NCBI GenBank assembly: GCA_045661325.1
Contig: JAZRFK010000087.1
Coordinates: 148-64,147 of the forward strand
Direction of reading: 5' to 3'
Source of the DNA: Eubacteriales bacterium
GTDB taxonomy: Bacteria; Bacillota; Clostridia; Oscillospirales; CAG-272
DNA length: 64,000 nucleotides
Part shown: piece after piece, positions 30,377 through 41,000 of the stretch
Layout of the letters: the number at the start of each line of letters is the position of its first letter
Position numbering within the stretch: position 1 is the stretch's first letter
The notes under the pieces: model-generated
The model's input: only the letters and a program-made list of their open reading frames with translations
Told to the model about the DNA's origin: nothing
Database searches by the model: none
Program-made: the position numbers and the translations under genes

Positions 30377-30483
30377 GGTTAGGCAGGTGCTTTTTACACG
30401 TACGCAAGTGATTTATGCCGAAATTCTACTTAATAGACAAAAGCAACTGCCGCTTTTTGTGCATTATGAAGAAAGAAAAAGGC

Positions 30484-30512
30484 TTGCAAATTCAAAAGAG
30501 CCATGCTACAAT
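30484..30512 (+). promoter_or_regulatory. sigmaA-type promoter of the EEP gene
   Basis: TTGCAA-17 nt-TACAAT with extended TG. Confidence 0.55.
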
Positions 30513-30597
30513 ACAAATAGCCAAGCAAGCCCTGACATATCTCCGTTTTAAGAGGTGTTTTCACTCTCTGCGCGACCAAAAAACACAGGAGGCTTTT

Positions 30598-31350
30598 ATG
30601 CAATACAAGATTGTCACCTTTAACATTCGCTGTGCCGACGACAAGGACGGTCATTCCATTGACGAGCGCGCGCCAAGACTCCTTGCGGCCCTCTCCCCGT
30701 ATGACGCCGACCTTATTGGCTTTCAGGAATTCACGCCTTTTTGGGAGTCCCATATTCTGCGCGACTTTGGCGAGAAATACGAAATTTTCAATCAATACCG
30801 CTCTGCCACCAATTTTGAATCCACGCCTATTCTCTGGAAAAAGGATGCCTTTACCTGCCTTGAAAGGCTTTGCTTCTGGCTTTCGGACACCCCCGAGGTA
30901 GAGTCGCAGGGCTGGGACGCCATCGGCTGCAAGCGCATTTGTATGATGGTGCGGCTTCTTCACAAGGAAAGCGGCAAGGAGCTTTGCTTTATGAACACCC
31001 ATTTCGGCTTCGGAGCCCCCTGCCAAGTGGCAAGCGCCGAGCTTATCCATCGCTATGCCCAAAAAGCAGACGGGCTTCCCGTTATTCTCACAGGCGACTT
31101 CAATATGGAAACGGCGAGCGCAGGCTATCAGGCGATGACGCGGCATTTTACCGACGCCAACGGTGCCACCGCGAATGACAGGCGCCCCACCTTCCACGGA
31201 TATTTTTGCGAGGGAGTCAATGCCCAGCACATCGACTACTGCTTTGTCAACGATAAAGTCACTCCTCTTTCTACCGAAATCATCACCAAGGATTTCGGGG
31301 GCAAATATCCCTCCGACCATTTCGGCCTGTTCTTCACGGTAGAAGCGTAA
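30598..31350 (+). CDS. Endonuclease/exonuclease/phosphatase (EEP) family protein, probably cytoplasmic
   Basis: RBS AGGAGG; TFNIR, GFQE, FWLSDTP, NTH, GDFN, IDY, SDH motifs. Confidence 0.9.
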   Translation: MQYKIVTFNIRCADDKDGHSIDERAPRLLAALSPYDADLIGFQEFTPFWESHILRDFGEKYEIFNQYRSATNFESTPILWKKDAFTCLERLCFWLSDTPEVESQGWDAIGCKRICMMVRLLHKESGKELCFMNTHFGFGAPCQVASAELIHRYAQKADGLPVILTGDFNMETASAGYQAMTRHFTDANGATANDRRPTFHGYFCEGVNAQHIDYCFVNDKVTPLSTEIITKDFGGKYPSDHFGLFFTVEA

Positions 31351-31380
31351 ACAGTTGTTTACAATTTAACAGAAAACAGT

Positions 31381-31421
31381 AAAAAAGCCGCATCAGCATT
31401 CGCTGATGCGGCTTCTGTTTT
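31381..31421. terminator. Bidirectional terminator between the EEP gene and paralog C
   Basis: AAGCCGCATCAGC-ATTC-GCTGATGCGGCTT flanked by A- and T-rich runs. Confidence 0.8.
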
Positions 31422-31451
31422 TGCTGAAATGGTTTTTGCGAGGGTGAAGCA

Positions 31452-34400
31452 TCAATAATCGTCGCCGAGAACGAAGCCCCAGTCGCCCGGGCACATACGG
31501 GAGCCCGTTTCCTCAATCTGCTGCTTGATGGCCATTGAGAAGGCAAACTTGTTGATGCCCGTGAAATACTGCGTTCCCGATTCGGTATGGCCCTTCTTTG
31601 CCCATCCGCTACCCATATGATAGCATTCCGCAAACTGATCCGACACCCGTGCGGCGCGCACGTTATATACGTAGTTGTTCCAGGAATGAATATTGAAGGA
31701 GAGCGAATCAGGCGTGGTATACTGCATATAGAAGGGGCGGGTATACTTGGCGCTCAAATATGCGTAATACTCTGCCTCGGTATACTGCTTTGCGTTATAC
31801 CGGGCGTCACTGATGGTGGAGGCGTGCTTCACCAGAATGTTGTTGTAGTTCGACCAGTTGGAGCAGGAGGCGTCAAAGTAATACGAGCAGGCAAAATTGC
31901 CGCGCGGGTTACAGGACTTGCTATGCACCACGTAGTTATGATGCAGGAAGTTAAGCTGCTTGGGGTTATCGGACTTTAAGTTACCGCCCATAATGTAAAT
32001 AGCGCCACCGTCCGCCAGCTCCTGCATAAAGTCGGTGATGTAGTTGTGGTGCATATTCACGTTTTGCAGGTGAATCACCTCGCCCTCCTCCCAGGTTGCC
32101 GCCGTCCACTTCCAACCGATAGAGTAAGCGGAATAAGAGGAGCCGATGACCGTGTTATAGCTGATTTCCACGTTTTCGCAAACGCCAATCATCACGCTGG
32201 GCGCGGAATAAATGCTTCTTGCAATATCGTGCAGATAATTGTTGGTTACGGTCAGATAGTAGGAGCCCGAGGTTTCGGACATCTCACGGCCGCCGTATTT
32301 GGAGGTGTCGCCGCGCACACGGATGCCCGAGTCACCAATCCATTCCAGCTCGTTGTTCGAGATGGTGGTGTATTCGTTGCGCCCCTGGATGAAGATACCT
32401 GCACCACCGATATCGTGGATATAGCAATCCTGAATCGTGGTGTTTCTCGGATCATAGAGCGAGATGGCGCTTTCGGTACAGAAGCCGCAGCCGCCCTGTG
32501 CAAGAGTGGGCTCGGTGATGGCGTCCGCGCCTGCCTGACCCGTTGCAACACCCGTTCTTGACAGCTCATAGTTATCCACGCCCCAGATAGTCAGGTCGGT
32601 TACAACGAGATAATTGGGATTGTGGAACACGAAAAGATTATCAAGGGTAGGACGGGCGAAGGAAAGCTCCTCGATTTCGTACTCGGTGTAGTAATACAGC
32701 TTGCCCGTTTCCACATCGTAGTAGTACTCGTTTTCGGTGTCCACGAAGTCCAAGGCGTTCTGGAAGGAGAAGTAATAGCCGTCAAGGTCGCCGCCCTTGG
32801 GTCTTTGGAACTTTTCAAAGTGGTCGGGTCTGATATGGACGGCAACGCAGGTTTCCAGTTCCCCGGAAATCTCATCGTAGTAATATACCACGTCATCAAA
32901 GTCGATGCCGTAAACGTCAAGCAGGTTGTAGCACCACATACCCGAATGGTAAAGCTCAAGCTGCGTGCCCTTCATGCAAACCTGATAGGAGAAGGTTTCG
33001 TCATATACCATCAGCTCGGCCTCGGCAAGCGCCTCCTCTGCCCTTTGCAAAGCAAGCAACGCCTCGTCCATAACGGCCTTTGCGGCAACGTAGGCAATCT
33101 TTTCCTCGTCCGTGGCGTTCTTTTTGCCTGCGGCCTCAAGCTTGGCCTCATAGTCCGCCTTGGCAGTCTCATACGCCGTCTTTTTGGCGTTGCGCTCTGC
33201 CGTCAGACGCAAGACCTCGCTTTCCATAAAGCTCTTGTTGGCCTTCATATCGGCAAGACGCTCGGCAACGGTATCGCGAAGCGCCTCAACGGAGGCGAGA
33301 TTCAGATACAGAACAGGGGGCTTATAATCCTCAGCGGGCGTCCACTCGTACATGATGTCCTTAACCGCGGAGGGCATGGAGAATATGTTGAGAATCTGCG
33401 CCTTGAAGGTGGCAAAGGCCTCGGCGTACGCCGCTCCCATACCGCTTCTGACGTCATCTGCCGTCAAGGCGGCGAAGACTTCCTTCGTGGTGCGAACATC
33501 GTTGTATTTTTCTTTAAGGTCGAAAAGTGCCAAGAAGGTTTCGTAATGCTTGGTGTAGGTGGAGATAAGGTCGGTTCTTTCGGGAATATCCTTGTATTCC
33601 ACCGCAGGTGCGTGCGAAGCAAGCATTCCCTCTTCGTAATAATACCGTGCCTTTAAGTATGTGCCCTGTTCAAACTCGCCGAAGCGGTTTACCTCGGGCA
33701 TCACGCCCTTGAACGCGTAATTGGGCGTGGAGTGAGAGAGGTCAGCCGTGACGCCGTCCACGTACAGATAGCGGAACTCGGGATATTTGCCATTCTCATC
33801 GGGAGCAAATTCGTAAACGTAAAGTCCCGACTTTCCTGCCACGGCCTCAAAATCCGATGCGGAAAGGCCTACGGCGCTGGTCAATTCGGGAAGCTCCTCG
33901 TCCAGATAATCACCCTCAATGGTGTAATAGTAGTAGGGGTAGGTGACCTCGGAGAAATCAAGCTCCGCAATATTTGAAACGGTATGCACACCGCCTTCTA
34001 CGAGAAGACGCACGTTGGTGGGCTTATCGAGCGCCGTCAAGGCATTGCTGCAAGCAAGGAAGGCATCCTCAAAGCGCGTAAAGGGATGCGCCTCGCTTCC
34101 GTCGCCCACGCCCTCGGCAGCGGAATCAAAGTGAACGGTGTAATCGTAATAGCCGTTTTCCACCGTATTCTTGACGTAATCCACCACCTCGCTCTCTTGA
34201 ATGCCCTCAAGCGAAGAAAGGTAATGCATCACCGAGAAGAAGGAGGTGATTTTTGCGTAGGGCTTGCCTGAGAAGCCGCCGTAGAAAATCATTTCCTCGC
34301 CCTCACTCGTTGTCAAGCGCACGTAGGTAACAACCTTCAGATTTTGGTTGTAAAGGTCAATGTCGCCATCCATATAAGAGAGAGTGATAGCGTAGGTGTC

Positions 34401-37400
34401 CTCATCCAAGAAGTACTCCTTGTGGGCGCCCGCAACGGAGTCAAAGGCCACAAAGCGATAGTCATACTCCCCTTTTGCTAAGTCAGGCATATTTCCGCTG
34501 AGGTTCACAACGGTACCAAGCTCAACGGTAAAGCCTGCCTGCATAATGGCGGTGATGGAGGGCTGTTGCAGGGTGAAGTAGAAGCGAATGGCGTCAGACA
34601 TATCCTTCTTCACGGCAACGCCCTCGGACAGCACCCAGATGCCCGCCATTCCGTTATCAAGGTCACTTTGCGCCTCCTCCTTCGTCATATTGAAGTTGAA
34701 GTGAGAAAAGGCCTTGAACACGGTTGATTTATCGGGAATTTTGGCAAGCGTTTCCTCCAGCATCTCGGTATCAAGACCGAGATAATAGCAAACGTCAGCC
34801 ACGTGATTTTGCAGCTTTTCTTCCTCGGTCAGAAGGCGGTTGTAAACACGGATAGAATAATACGTGCCCGCCATACTGCGCCAAAGCTCAAAGCGCTTAT
34901 CAATGACCTCTTCGTTCGTCATATAAATTTCGTTGGAGATTTCAGAGACAAGGTAGGACTTTCCGTCCAAGGAAACGGTATAGGTCGCCTGCACGTTGTC
35001 GCGGATGTAGGTTTCATCCTCGCTGATATAATCGTAGGCAACGGTGTAGTTGACGAGGTTGCCGAACTCAAGCGAGCTGAAGGAGTTTTCCTTACCAACC
35101 TCAACGCGCCCGCCGGCAGGAATGTTGCTGTTGTAGTTTCCGTAGCTCTGGTACATCCAGCGGCGCTGCATATTGGCGTTGGGCGCGTGCGTATAGCAAA
35201 CGAAGCCCATACAGCGATACGCACCGAGAACGAAGGCGTCCTCCGTGAAGATGCCGTGTACGGTGTAATCATCATAATAGCGGGATACCGTTCCATCCTC
35301 GGCCTCAACCGTAATGCCCTCGGGAGAGAGAACGGACTCTATGGTGTATTCCCCATCGGGAAGCAAATCATAATCCAAGGAAAGATAGAAATCGTTTGCC
35401 TGCTTGACGCGGTATTCCTTTACCTGATGCTGCTCTGCAACGAGCTGAGGAACGGTGTCGCGGATTTCGAGACCGCCGTTTTTCCCTCTGTACCAGCCCT
35501 TACCCATCAAGGTACCGAAGGTTCCCTTTTGGGCCACGTTCGTCCAGACAACGCCCGTGTCGCTAAACAACGTCGGGGTTGAGAAGCCCTCGTAGGCGGA
35601 AAGAAGAACCGTAAGACCGTCGGTTACGTAAAGGGAGGTCTCGGGGCTCCAGGTGCTCTCCAAAAGCTTCATCGTCTCATCCAGGGTGTTCTCAAACGCG
35701 CTCTTATCCATCATGGAGATCTTCTTGAAGGAATCCGCCACGAAGGCACGGCTTTCCGCATCAAGATTGGTGTAGACGGAGGGGTCAACGCCCGCATACG
35801 CCAGCATATCAACGAGATGGTTATGCGCCATCTCACTCTCGGTCAAAACCGCATCGTAAAGACGCACGGCGTAGGTCGTGATGGGGGCGCGGCGGAAGAG
35901 ATAGAAGAGAGACTCTGCCGAGGAGCCGAGATAGTAGGTATTGCTCTCGTTGGTGGAGGGCACGGTAGAATCGTAGTCTCCCTGCTTTTTCAGGGTGTTG
36001 TTTGCAAAAATCTTATAGGTTGCAAGCGTCTTTTCGGAGGAAACGGTCAAGTCGCGGATTATCTGCTGCGAGAAGGCTCTCTCATCCGAACGGCTTCCCT
36101 CTCCCCAAAGCTGCTTGTTGAGATAGCTGGCCTTAAAGAAAGCATCCGTTCCGGGCGCCAAGAACCAACGGCAGTAATGCACGCCGCCAATGGCGTCTCC
36201 GCTATCGTTGCCGCCGCGGTTGTAGATGGCCTTCAGCTGTCCGATAGCATCCGAAAGCGCGGAGGAAAGAAGAATAGCGTCGGTCGCATCGGTATAGCCG
36301 CCGTTTCCGTCGGGCGTTTGGAAAAACTTATACTGCGTGACGTGCTCCAAGGTGAAGTCGCCCTTGGGAAGCGCATCGCCACCGATGTTCAGATACACGT
36401 CCTCAAGGTAGCTGCCCGTTGCGGCAGAGCCGTCCGAGGAGGGCTGATAGGTCATATCATAGCCAACGCCGCCGCCCGTTTGCTTCTTCCAAAGAGAGCC
36501 GATGAGCGTTGCGTCAAAGTTGCCCATTTTATCATACCAAAGGGTTTTGTTGTCAAAGAACACAACGGAGGTTGTATCATATGCGGAAAGAAGAATCTTG
36601 AGGCTACCGCCGTTTTCGGTCTTGGTGCCGTCAGCGCCCACGTACAGCGCATCGTATACGGTCTTTTTGCGCGCCTCGTTGGCAACGGCACGCATTGCGA
36701 CCAATTCCTCGATAATGTCGTTAATATCCGACTCGGTTGCAGAAAAGTCCTTTTCTGCAACGGCAGAGAGGAACTGCGCCTTATCGTCATCGTTAATGGC
36801 CTTGTACTTAGCAAAATCAAAGTCCAAGTAAAGCAAAATGTCAAGGGCGCGGTTGTGGGCAAGCTCCTTGGTCGTCAAGGGCTTGGTATACAGACGCACG
36901 GCGTAATAGCTGGCAGGCATAGCGTTGCCCAAAACGAAGTCGCCCTGATACTCATCCAGCTTTTCGCAGGTGGTCTTTAAGTTACGGCTCGGCGCCGTTG
37001 CGCCGTTTTTCAAAAACTCATAGGTATAGCTGTCGGGAGATTCCGTCAGATTAACGGTGAGGCTCATCACCGAGGAATCCTCGCGGTAAGCCTGCATATA
37101 GCTTCCCATACTGTTATCGCCAAGCTTAGCAAGGTCGCCCCACAGATAATCGCTCACAACCTCTTTGTCATACAGCATAGAAACCAGCGCGTTGTAGTCT
37201 CTGGGCGGCCAGGGAGAAGAACCGCTGAACAAGAAGCCGCGGTAGCGGCCAAGGGTGATATTGGCGCGAGAGGGCTCGGCATATCTATCCACGGGGGTAA
37301 TGCCGTCAGCGCCCTTGGTTAAGCCGCGAACGGAGGAGACAATTTCAAGGGTATAGGTGTCGGTGGGAAGGAGCGAGGAATCCAAGGAAAGCTTGTAGCT

Positions 37401-37751
37401 CCAATCCCATTTTTCAAGGTCATAGCCAATGCTGCCGTCCTCGGCCTTTATCCAGGTGCCGCCAAGGGTGGCATCCAGAGTGGCTCCCTTAGCCACGTTT
37501 TTCCAAAGGTCGTTTTCCAAATCAACAGAGGAAGCATCACGGAAGGCCGTTAAAAGCACGGAAAGCACACCGCCGTTGGTGTTTTTGCTACCGTCTGCAC
37601 CCACGTAAAGCTCTGCAAAGCTCGTTGCCGTGCTTTGAGAGGTCTTTTCTCCGCTGCCCGTTCCTTCTGCCGAAACGGGAAAAAGTGCCGTTGGCAAAAG
37701 TGCCACCAGCATACACAGCGTTAAAAGAGCGCTTATAATTCTTTTTTTCAT
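31452..37751 (-). CDS. Array paralog C (about 2099 aa)
   Basis: Same architecture; start MKKRIIS (alternative 37763); has both helical inserts. Confidence 0.75.
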   Translation of the reverse strand: MKKRIISALLTLCMLVALLPTALFPVSAEGTGSGEKTSQSTATSFAELYVGADGSKNTNGGVLSVLLTAFRDASSVDLENDLWKNVAKGATLDATLGGTWIKAEDGSIGYDLEKWDWSYKLSLDSSLLPTDTYTLEIVSSVRGLTKGADGITPVDRYAEPSRANITLGRYRGFLFSGSSPWPPRDYNALVSMLYDKEVVSDYLWGDLAKLGDNSMGSYMQAYREDSSVMSLTVNLTESPDSYTYEFLKNGATAPSRNLKTTCEKLDEYQGDFVLGNAMPASYYAVRLYTKPLTTKELAHNRALDILLYLDFDFAKYKAINDDDKAQFLSAVAEKDFSATESDINDIIEELVAMRAVANEARKKTVYDALYVGADGTKTENGGSLKILLSAYDTTSVVFFDNKTLWYDKMGNFDATLIGSLWKKQTGGGVGYDMTYQPSSDGSAATGSYLEDVYLNIGGDALPKGDFTLEHVTQYKFFQTPDGNGGYTDATDAILLSSALSDAIGQLKAIYNRGGNDSGDAIGGVHYCRWFLAPGTDAFFKASYLNKQLWGEGSRSDERAFSQQIIRDLTVSSEKTLATYKIFANNTLKKQGDYDSTVPSTNESNTYYLGSSAESLFYLFRRAPITTYAVRLYDAVLTESEMAHNHLVDMLAYAGVDPSVYTNLDAESRAFVADSFKKISMMDKSAFENTLDETMKLLESTWSPETSLYVTDGLTVLLSAYEGFSTPTLFSDTGVVWTNVAQKGTFGTLMGKGWYRGKNGGLEIRDTVPQLVAEQHQVKEYRVKQANDFYLSLDYDLLPDGEYTIESVLSPEGITVEAEDGTVSRYYDDYTVHGIFTEDAFVLGAYRCMGFVCYTHAPNANMQRRWMYQSYGNYNSNIPAGGRVEVGKENSFSSLEFGNLVNYTVAYDYISEDETYIRDNVQATYTVSLDGKSYLVSEISNEIYMTNEEVIDKRFELWRSMAGTYYSIRVYNRLLTEEEKLQNHVADVCYYLGLDTEMLEETLAKIPDKSTVFKAFSHFNFNMTKEEAQSDLDNGMAGIWVLSEGVAVKKDMSDAIRFYFTLQQPSITAIMQAGFTVELGTVVNLSGNMPDLAKGEYDYRFVAFDSVAGAHKEYFLDEDTYAITLSYMDGDIDLYNQNLKVVTYVRLTTSEGEEMIFYGGFSGKPYAKITSFFSVMHYLSSLEGIQESEVVDYVKNTVENGYYDYTVHFDSAAEGVGDGSEAHPFTRFEDAFLACSNALTALDKPTNVRLLVEGGVHTVSNIAELDFSEVTYPYYYYTIEGDYLDEELPELTSAVGLSASDFEAVAGKSGLYVYEFAPDENGKYPEFRYLYVDGVTADLSHSTPNYAFKGVMPEVNRFGEFEQGTYLKARYYYEEGMLASHAPAVEYKDIPERTDLISTYTKHYETFLALFDLKEKYNDVRTTKEVFAALTADDVRSGMGAAYAEAFATFKAQILNIFSMPSAVKDIMYEWTPAEDYKPPVLYLNLASVEALRDTVAERLADMKANKSFMESEVLRLTAERNAKKTAYETAKADYEAKLEAAGKKNATDEEKIAYVAAKAVMDEALLALQRAEEALAEAELMVYDETFSYQVCMKGTQLELYHSGMWCYNLLDVYGIDFDDVVYYYDEISGELETCVAVHIRPDHFEKFQRPKGGDLDGYYFSFQNALDFVDTENEYYYDVETGKLYYYTEYEIEELSFARPTLDNLFVFHNPNYLVVTDLTIWGVDNYELSRTGVATGQAGADAITEPTLAQGGCGFCTESAISLYDPRNTTIQDCYIHDIGGAGIFIQGRNEYTTISNNELEWIGDSGIRVRGDTSKYGGREMSETSGSYYLTVTNNYLHDIARSIYSAPSVMIGVCENVEISYNTVIGSSYSAYSIGWKWTAATWEEGEVIHLQNVNMHHNYITDFMQELADGGAIYIMGGNLKSDNPKQLNFLHHNYVVHSKSCNPRGNFACSYYFDASCSNWSNYNNILVKHASTISDARYNAKQYTEAEYYAYLSAKYTRPFYMQYTTPDSLSFNIHSWNNYVYNVRAARVSDQFAECYHMGSGWAKKGHTESGTQYFTGINKFAFSMAIKQQIEETGSRMCPGDWGFVLGDDY

Positions 37752-37835
37752 AGTCCTTACCATTCCTTTTGGCCCTTGGCCTTTCTTGCTATAAAAAGCG
37801 GCGATTTCGCGTTTTTATAAATATCCACGTATATC

Positions 37836-37864
37836 ATTTTACACAAAAAGCAGGCGAGAGTCAA
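37836..37864 (-). promoter_or_regulatory. sigmaA-type promoter of paralog C
   Basis: TTGACT-17 nt-TAAAAT. Confidence 0.65.
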
Positions 37865-37926
37865 GCCGTTTCGTAAACTTTGTTAATTGTGTTAATTTTT
37901 TGAGCGGTTCTTTGTTTGTTTTGCAC

Positions 37927-37960
37927 AAAAAGCGGGCTGTCTTATAAAAGACAGCCCGCT
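37927..37960 (-). terminator. Terminator of paralog D
   Basis: AGCGGGCTGTCTT-TTAT-AAGACAGCCCGCT followed by TTTT. Confidence 0.8.
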
Positions 37961-38001
37961 GTCGCCAAAGGGAAACCTTTGGCGTTTTAGGAAATATGCG
38001 A

Positions 38002-41000
38002 TTAATAATCGTCACCCAGAACCCAGGTCCAATCGCCCGGATGCATACGGGCTCCGCACTCCTCAATTTGCGCCTTGATGGCGGTGGAGAATGCGAACTT
38101 CTGGTTTCCCGCGAAGTACTGCGTTCCCGCCTCGGTGTGACCCTTCAGGGTTGCCCAGCCCTCGCCCATCGAATAGCACTCGGAAAACTGTGCGGAGGCG
38201 GTTGTGGCCGATACGTTGTAAACGTAGTTGTTCCAGGAATGGATGTTGTAGGAGTCGGCGCCTGCTGTGTGCTGCATATAGAAGCCGCGCGTATATTTGC
38301 GGCGGTTATACTGCTCGCGCTCCTCGTCGGTCGCGTTGGAAAGCTGCTTGTCGCTGATGGAGCTTGCGTGCTTCACCAAAACGTTGTTATAGTTCGACCA
38401 GTTGGAAGAGGAGCCGTCAAAGTAATAGCTGGCAAAGAATGCCACCTTACCGCTGCAACTGCTCTTACTGTTGACAACGTAGTTATGGTGCATAAAGTTG
38501 ATCTGCTTGGGATTGTCGGGCATCAGGTTGCCGCCGAGAACGTAAATGGCACCGCCATCGCCCAGCTCCTGAATATAGTCGGTGATATAGTTGTGATGAA
38601 CATCGACGTTATACAGGTTGTAGTCTTCGTGCTCAAGCCAGGTTGCCTGCGTCCATCTCCAGCCTATAGAAATGGCGGAATAGGAGGAGCCGATAATGGT
38701 GTTATAAGCAAGCTCCACGTCCTTACAAGCGGCAAAGTAAATACCGGGCGAGCTGTATACGGCTCTGCCGACATCGTGAATGTAATTCTCCTTCACAACG
38801 ACCTGATAAGCGCCGCTGGTTTCAGAGTAGGTGGCGTTGCCGTAGCGGGCGGTGGTTCCGCGGACACGGATAGCCGAGTCGCCAATCATCTCAAACTCGT
38901 TGCCCGAGATGGTGACGTTTTCCACTCTGCCCTGCATAAAGACGCCCGCACCGCCGATATCGTGGAAATAGCAATCCTGAACGGTGGTGTTCTTGGCGTT
39001 GTAAATGCCAATGGCGTTCTCGGTACAGAAGCCGCAGCCGCCCTCGGCAAGAGTGGCATCCGTCAGCGTATCGGCGCCTGCCTGCCCTGTTGCCATACCC
39101 GTTCTCGACAGCTCGTAGAAGTCAACGCCCCAGATGGTCAAATCGCTGATAACCAGGTTGTTGGCATCGTAGAAGACCATCATATTGTCAAGGGTAGGAT
39201 ACGAGAAGGTCATATCGGCAAGGTCATACTGGGTGTAGTAATAAAGCTTGCCCGTTTCCACCTCGTAGTAATATTCGCCCTCGCTATCCACGAAGGCAAG
39301 CGCGTTCTGCACGGAGAAGTAATAGCCGTCCGTGTCGCCGCCCTTGGGCATACCCATACCCGTAAGGTGGTCCTTCCTGACGTAGACCGCCACGCACTCC
39401 TCGACCTCATCGTGTCTTTCGTCGTAGTAGTAGACAACGTCGTCAAAGTCGATGCCCTCCACGTGCAAAAGATTGAAGCACCATTCACCTGCATGGTAAA
39501 GCTCTACCTGCAAGCCCTTCAAGGCAACCTTGTAGGCGGTGGTCACGTCATACACCATAGGCTTTGCCTCGGCAAGCTCTGCCTCCAGAGTCGCCAAGAC
39601 TGCCGTTGCCTCGTCCATCACCGCCTTGGCGATGACGTAGGCACCCTTTTCTTCCTCGGTGGCATTCGATTTGCCTGCCGCCTCCAGCTTCGCCTCGTAG
39701 TCCGCGATAGCAGCGGCAAGCGCCGCCTTGGCATCCGCAACGGCTGCCTCCAGACGGGCAACCTCTGCCTCCCATTCAGCCTTGCTTACCTCTAACTCGG
39801 CAAGACGCTCCTCTACGGTATCGCGGAGCGCCTCAACGGAGGCAAGGCTCAGATACAGCACGTTGTTGAGCTGTGCCTCATCCGTGGGAACCGTCCAGGT
39901 ATACGCACCGCCAAGCGTCATAAAGCCGTTGTAATGCGCGGTATAGGAAGCAATAAGGTCGGTTCTTTCGGGAAGCGCGGCATACTCCACCTCGGGAGAA
40001 TGGTCTGCCAAAACGCCTTTATCAAAGTAATACTTCGCCTTTAAGTAGGTGCCGTCCAGATAGCGACCAAAGCGGTTAAGCTCGGGAGCGATGCCCTTGT
40101 GGGCGGCGTTGGAGGTGCCGTAGGCGATTTCTGCCGTCATTCCGTCTACGTACAGATTGCGGAACTCGGGGTACTTGCCCTCGGCGTTCGGCGCAAACTG
40201 ATATACGTAAAGGCCTGTTTTACCTGCTACGGCCGCAAAATCAGAGGCGGAGATACCAACGGCGGTGGTCAGCTCGGGAAGCTCCTCTGCCAGATAGTCG
40301 CCCTCGATGGTGTAATAGTAATAGGGATAGGTAATTTCGTCAAAATCGAACTCCACGATTTCAGAAATCACGTGGGTTCCACCTGCAACGAAAAGACGCA
40401 CGTTGGTGGGTCTTTCCAAGGTCACGAGCGCATTGTTGCAGGCCTCAAAGGCATCGGTGAAATCGGTGTAGGGCGCATCGGCGCTTCCGTTTCCGCCGCT
40501 TTCGGCGTTAGAGTCGAAATGGACGGTATAGTCGTAGTAGCAGGACTCTACCGTGTCAGACACGTACTCCGCAAGGTCGCTGCCTTGCACGCTTTCCGTC
40601 TTGGAAAGGTAATTCATGACGGTGAAGAAGGAGGTAATTTCTCCATATTCCGCACCTGCCAAGCCGCCGTAGAACATCAGCTCCTCGCCTGCGGTCGTTG
40701 TCAGCTTCACGTAGGTGGCAACGCGGATGTTTTGGTTATACAAATCAATGTTGCCGTCTACGTACGACAGGGTGATAGCGAAGGTGTCCTCATCCACAAA
40801 ATACTGTTGATAGGCGCCTGCAACGGAGTCAAAGGTCACGAAGCGGTAATCGTAGGTGCCGTCCGTCAAGGAGGGCATAGAGCCGTCATTCACGTTCAAA
40901 AGAACGCCAAGCTCCAAGGCGAAGCCCGCCTTCATAATGGCGGCAATCGAGGAGTTTTGCAGGGTGAAATAGAAGCGAATGGCGTCCGACATATCCTGCT

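Noticed and set aside
30415-30597. Extended N-termini given by the ORF track for the EEP gene (and for the GH5-like gene, rimP, paralogs A and E)
   Set aside because: Downstream starts have better RBS or family-typical N-termini; several of the extensions run through promoter, leader or terminator sequence.
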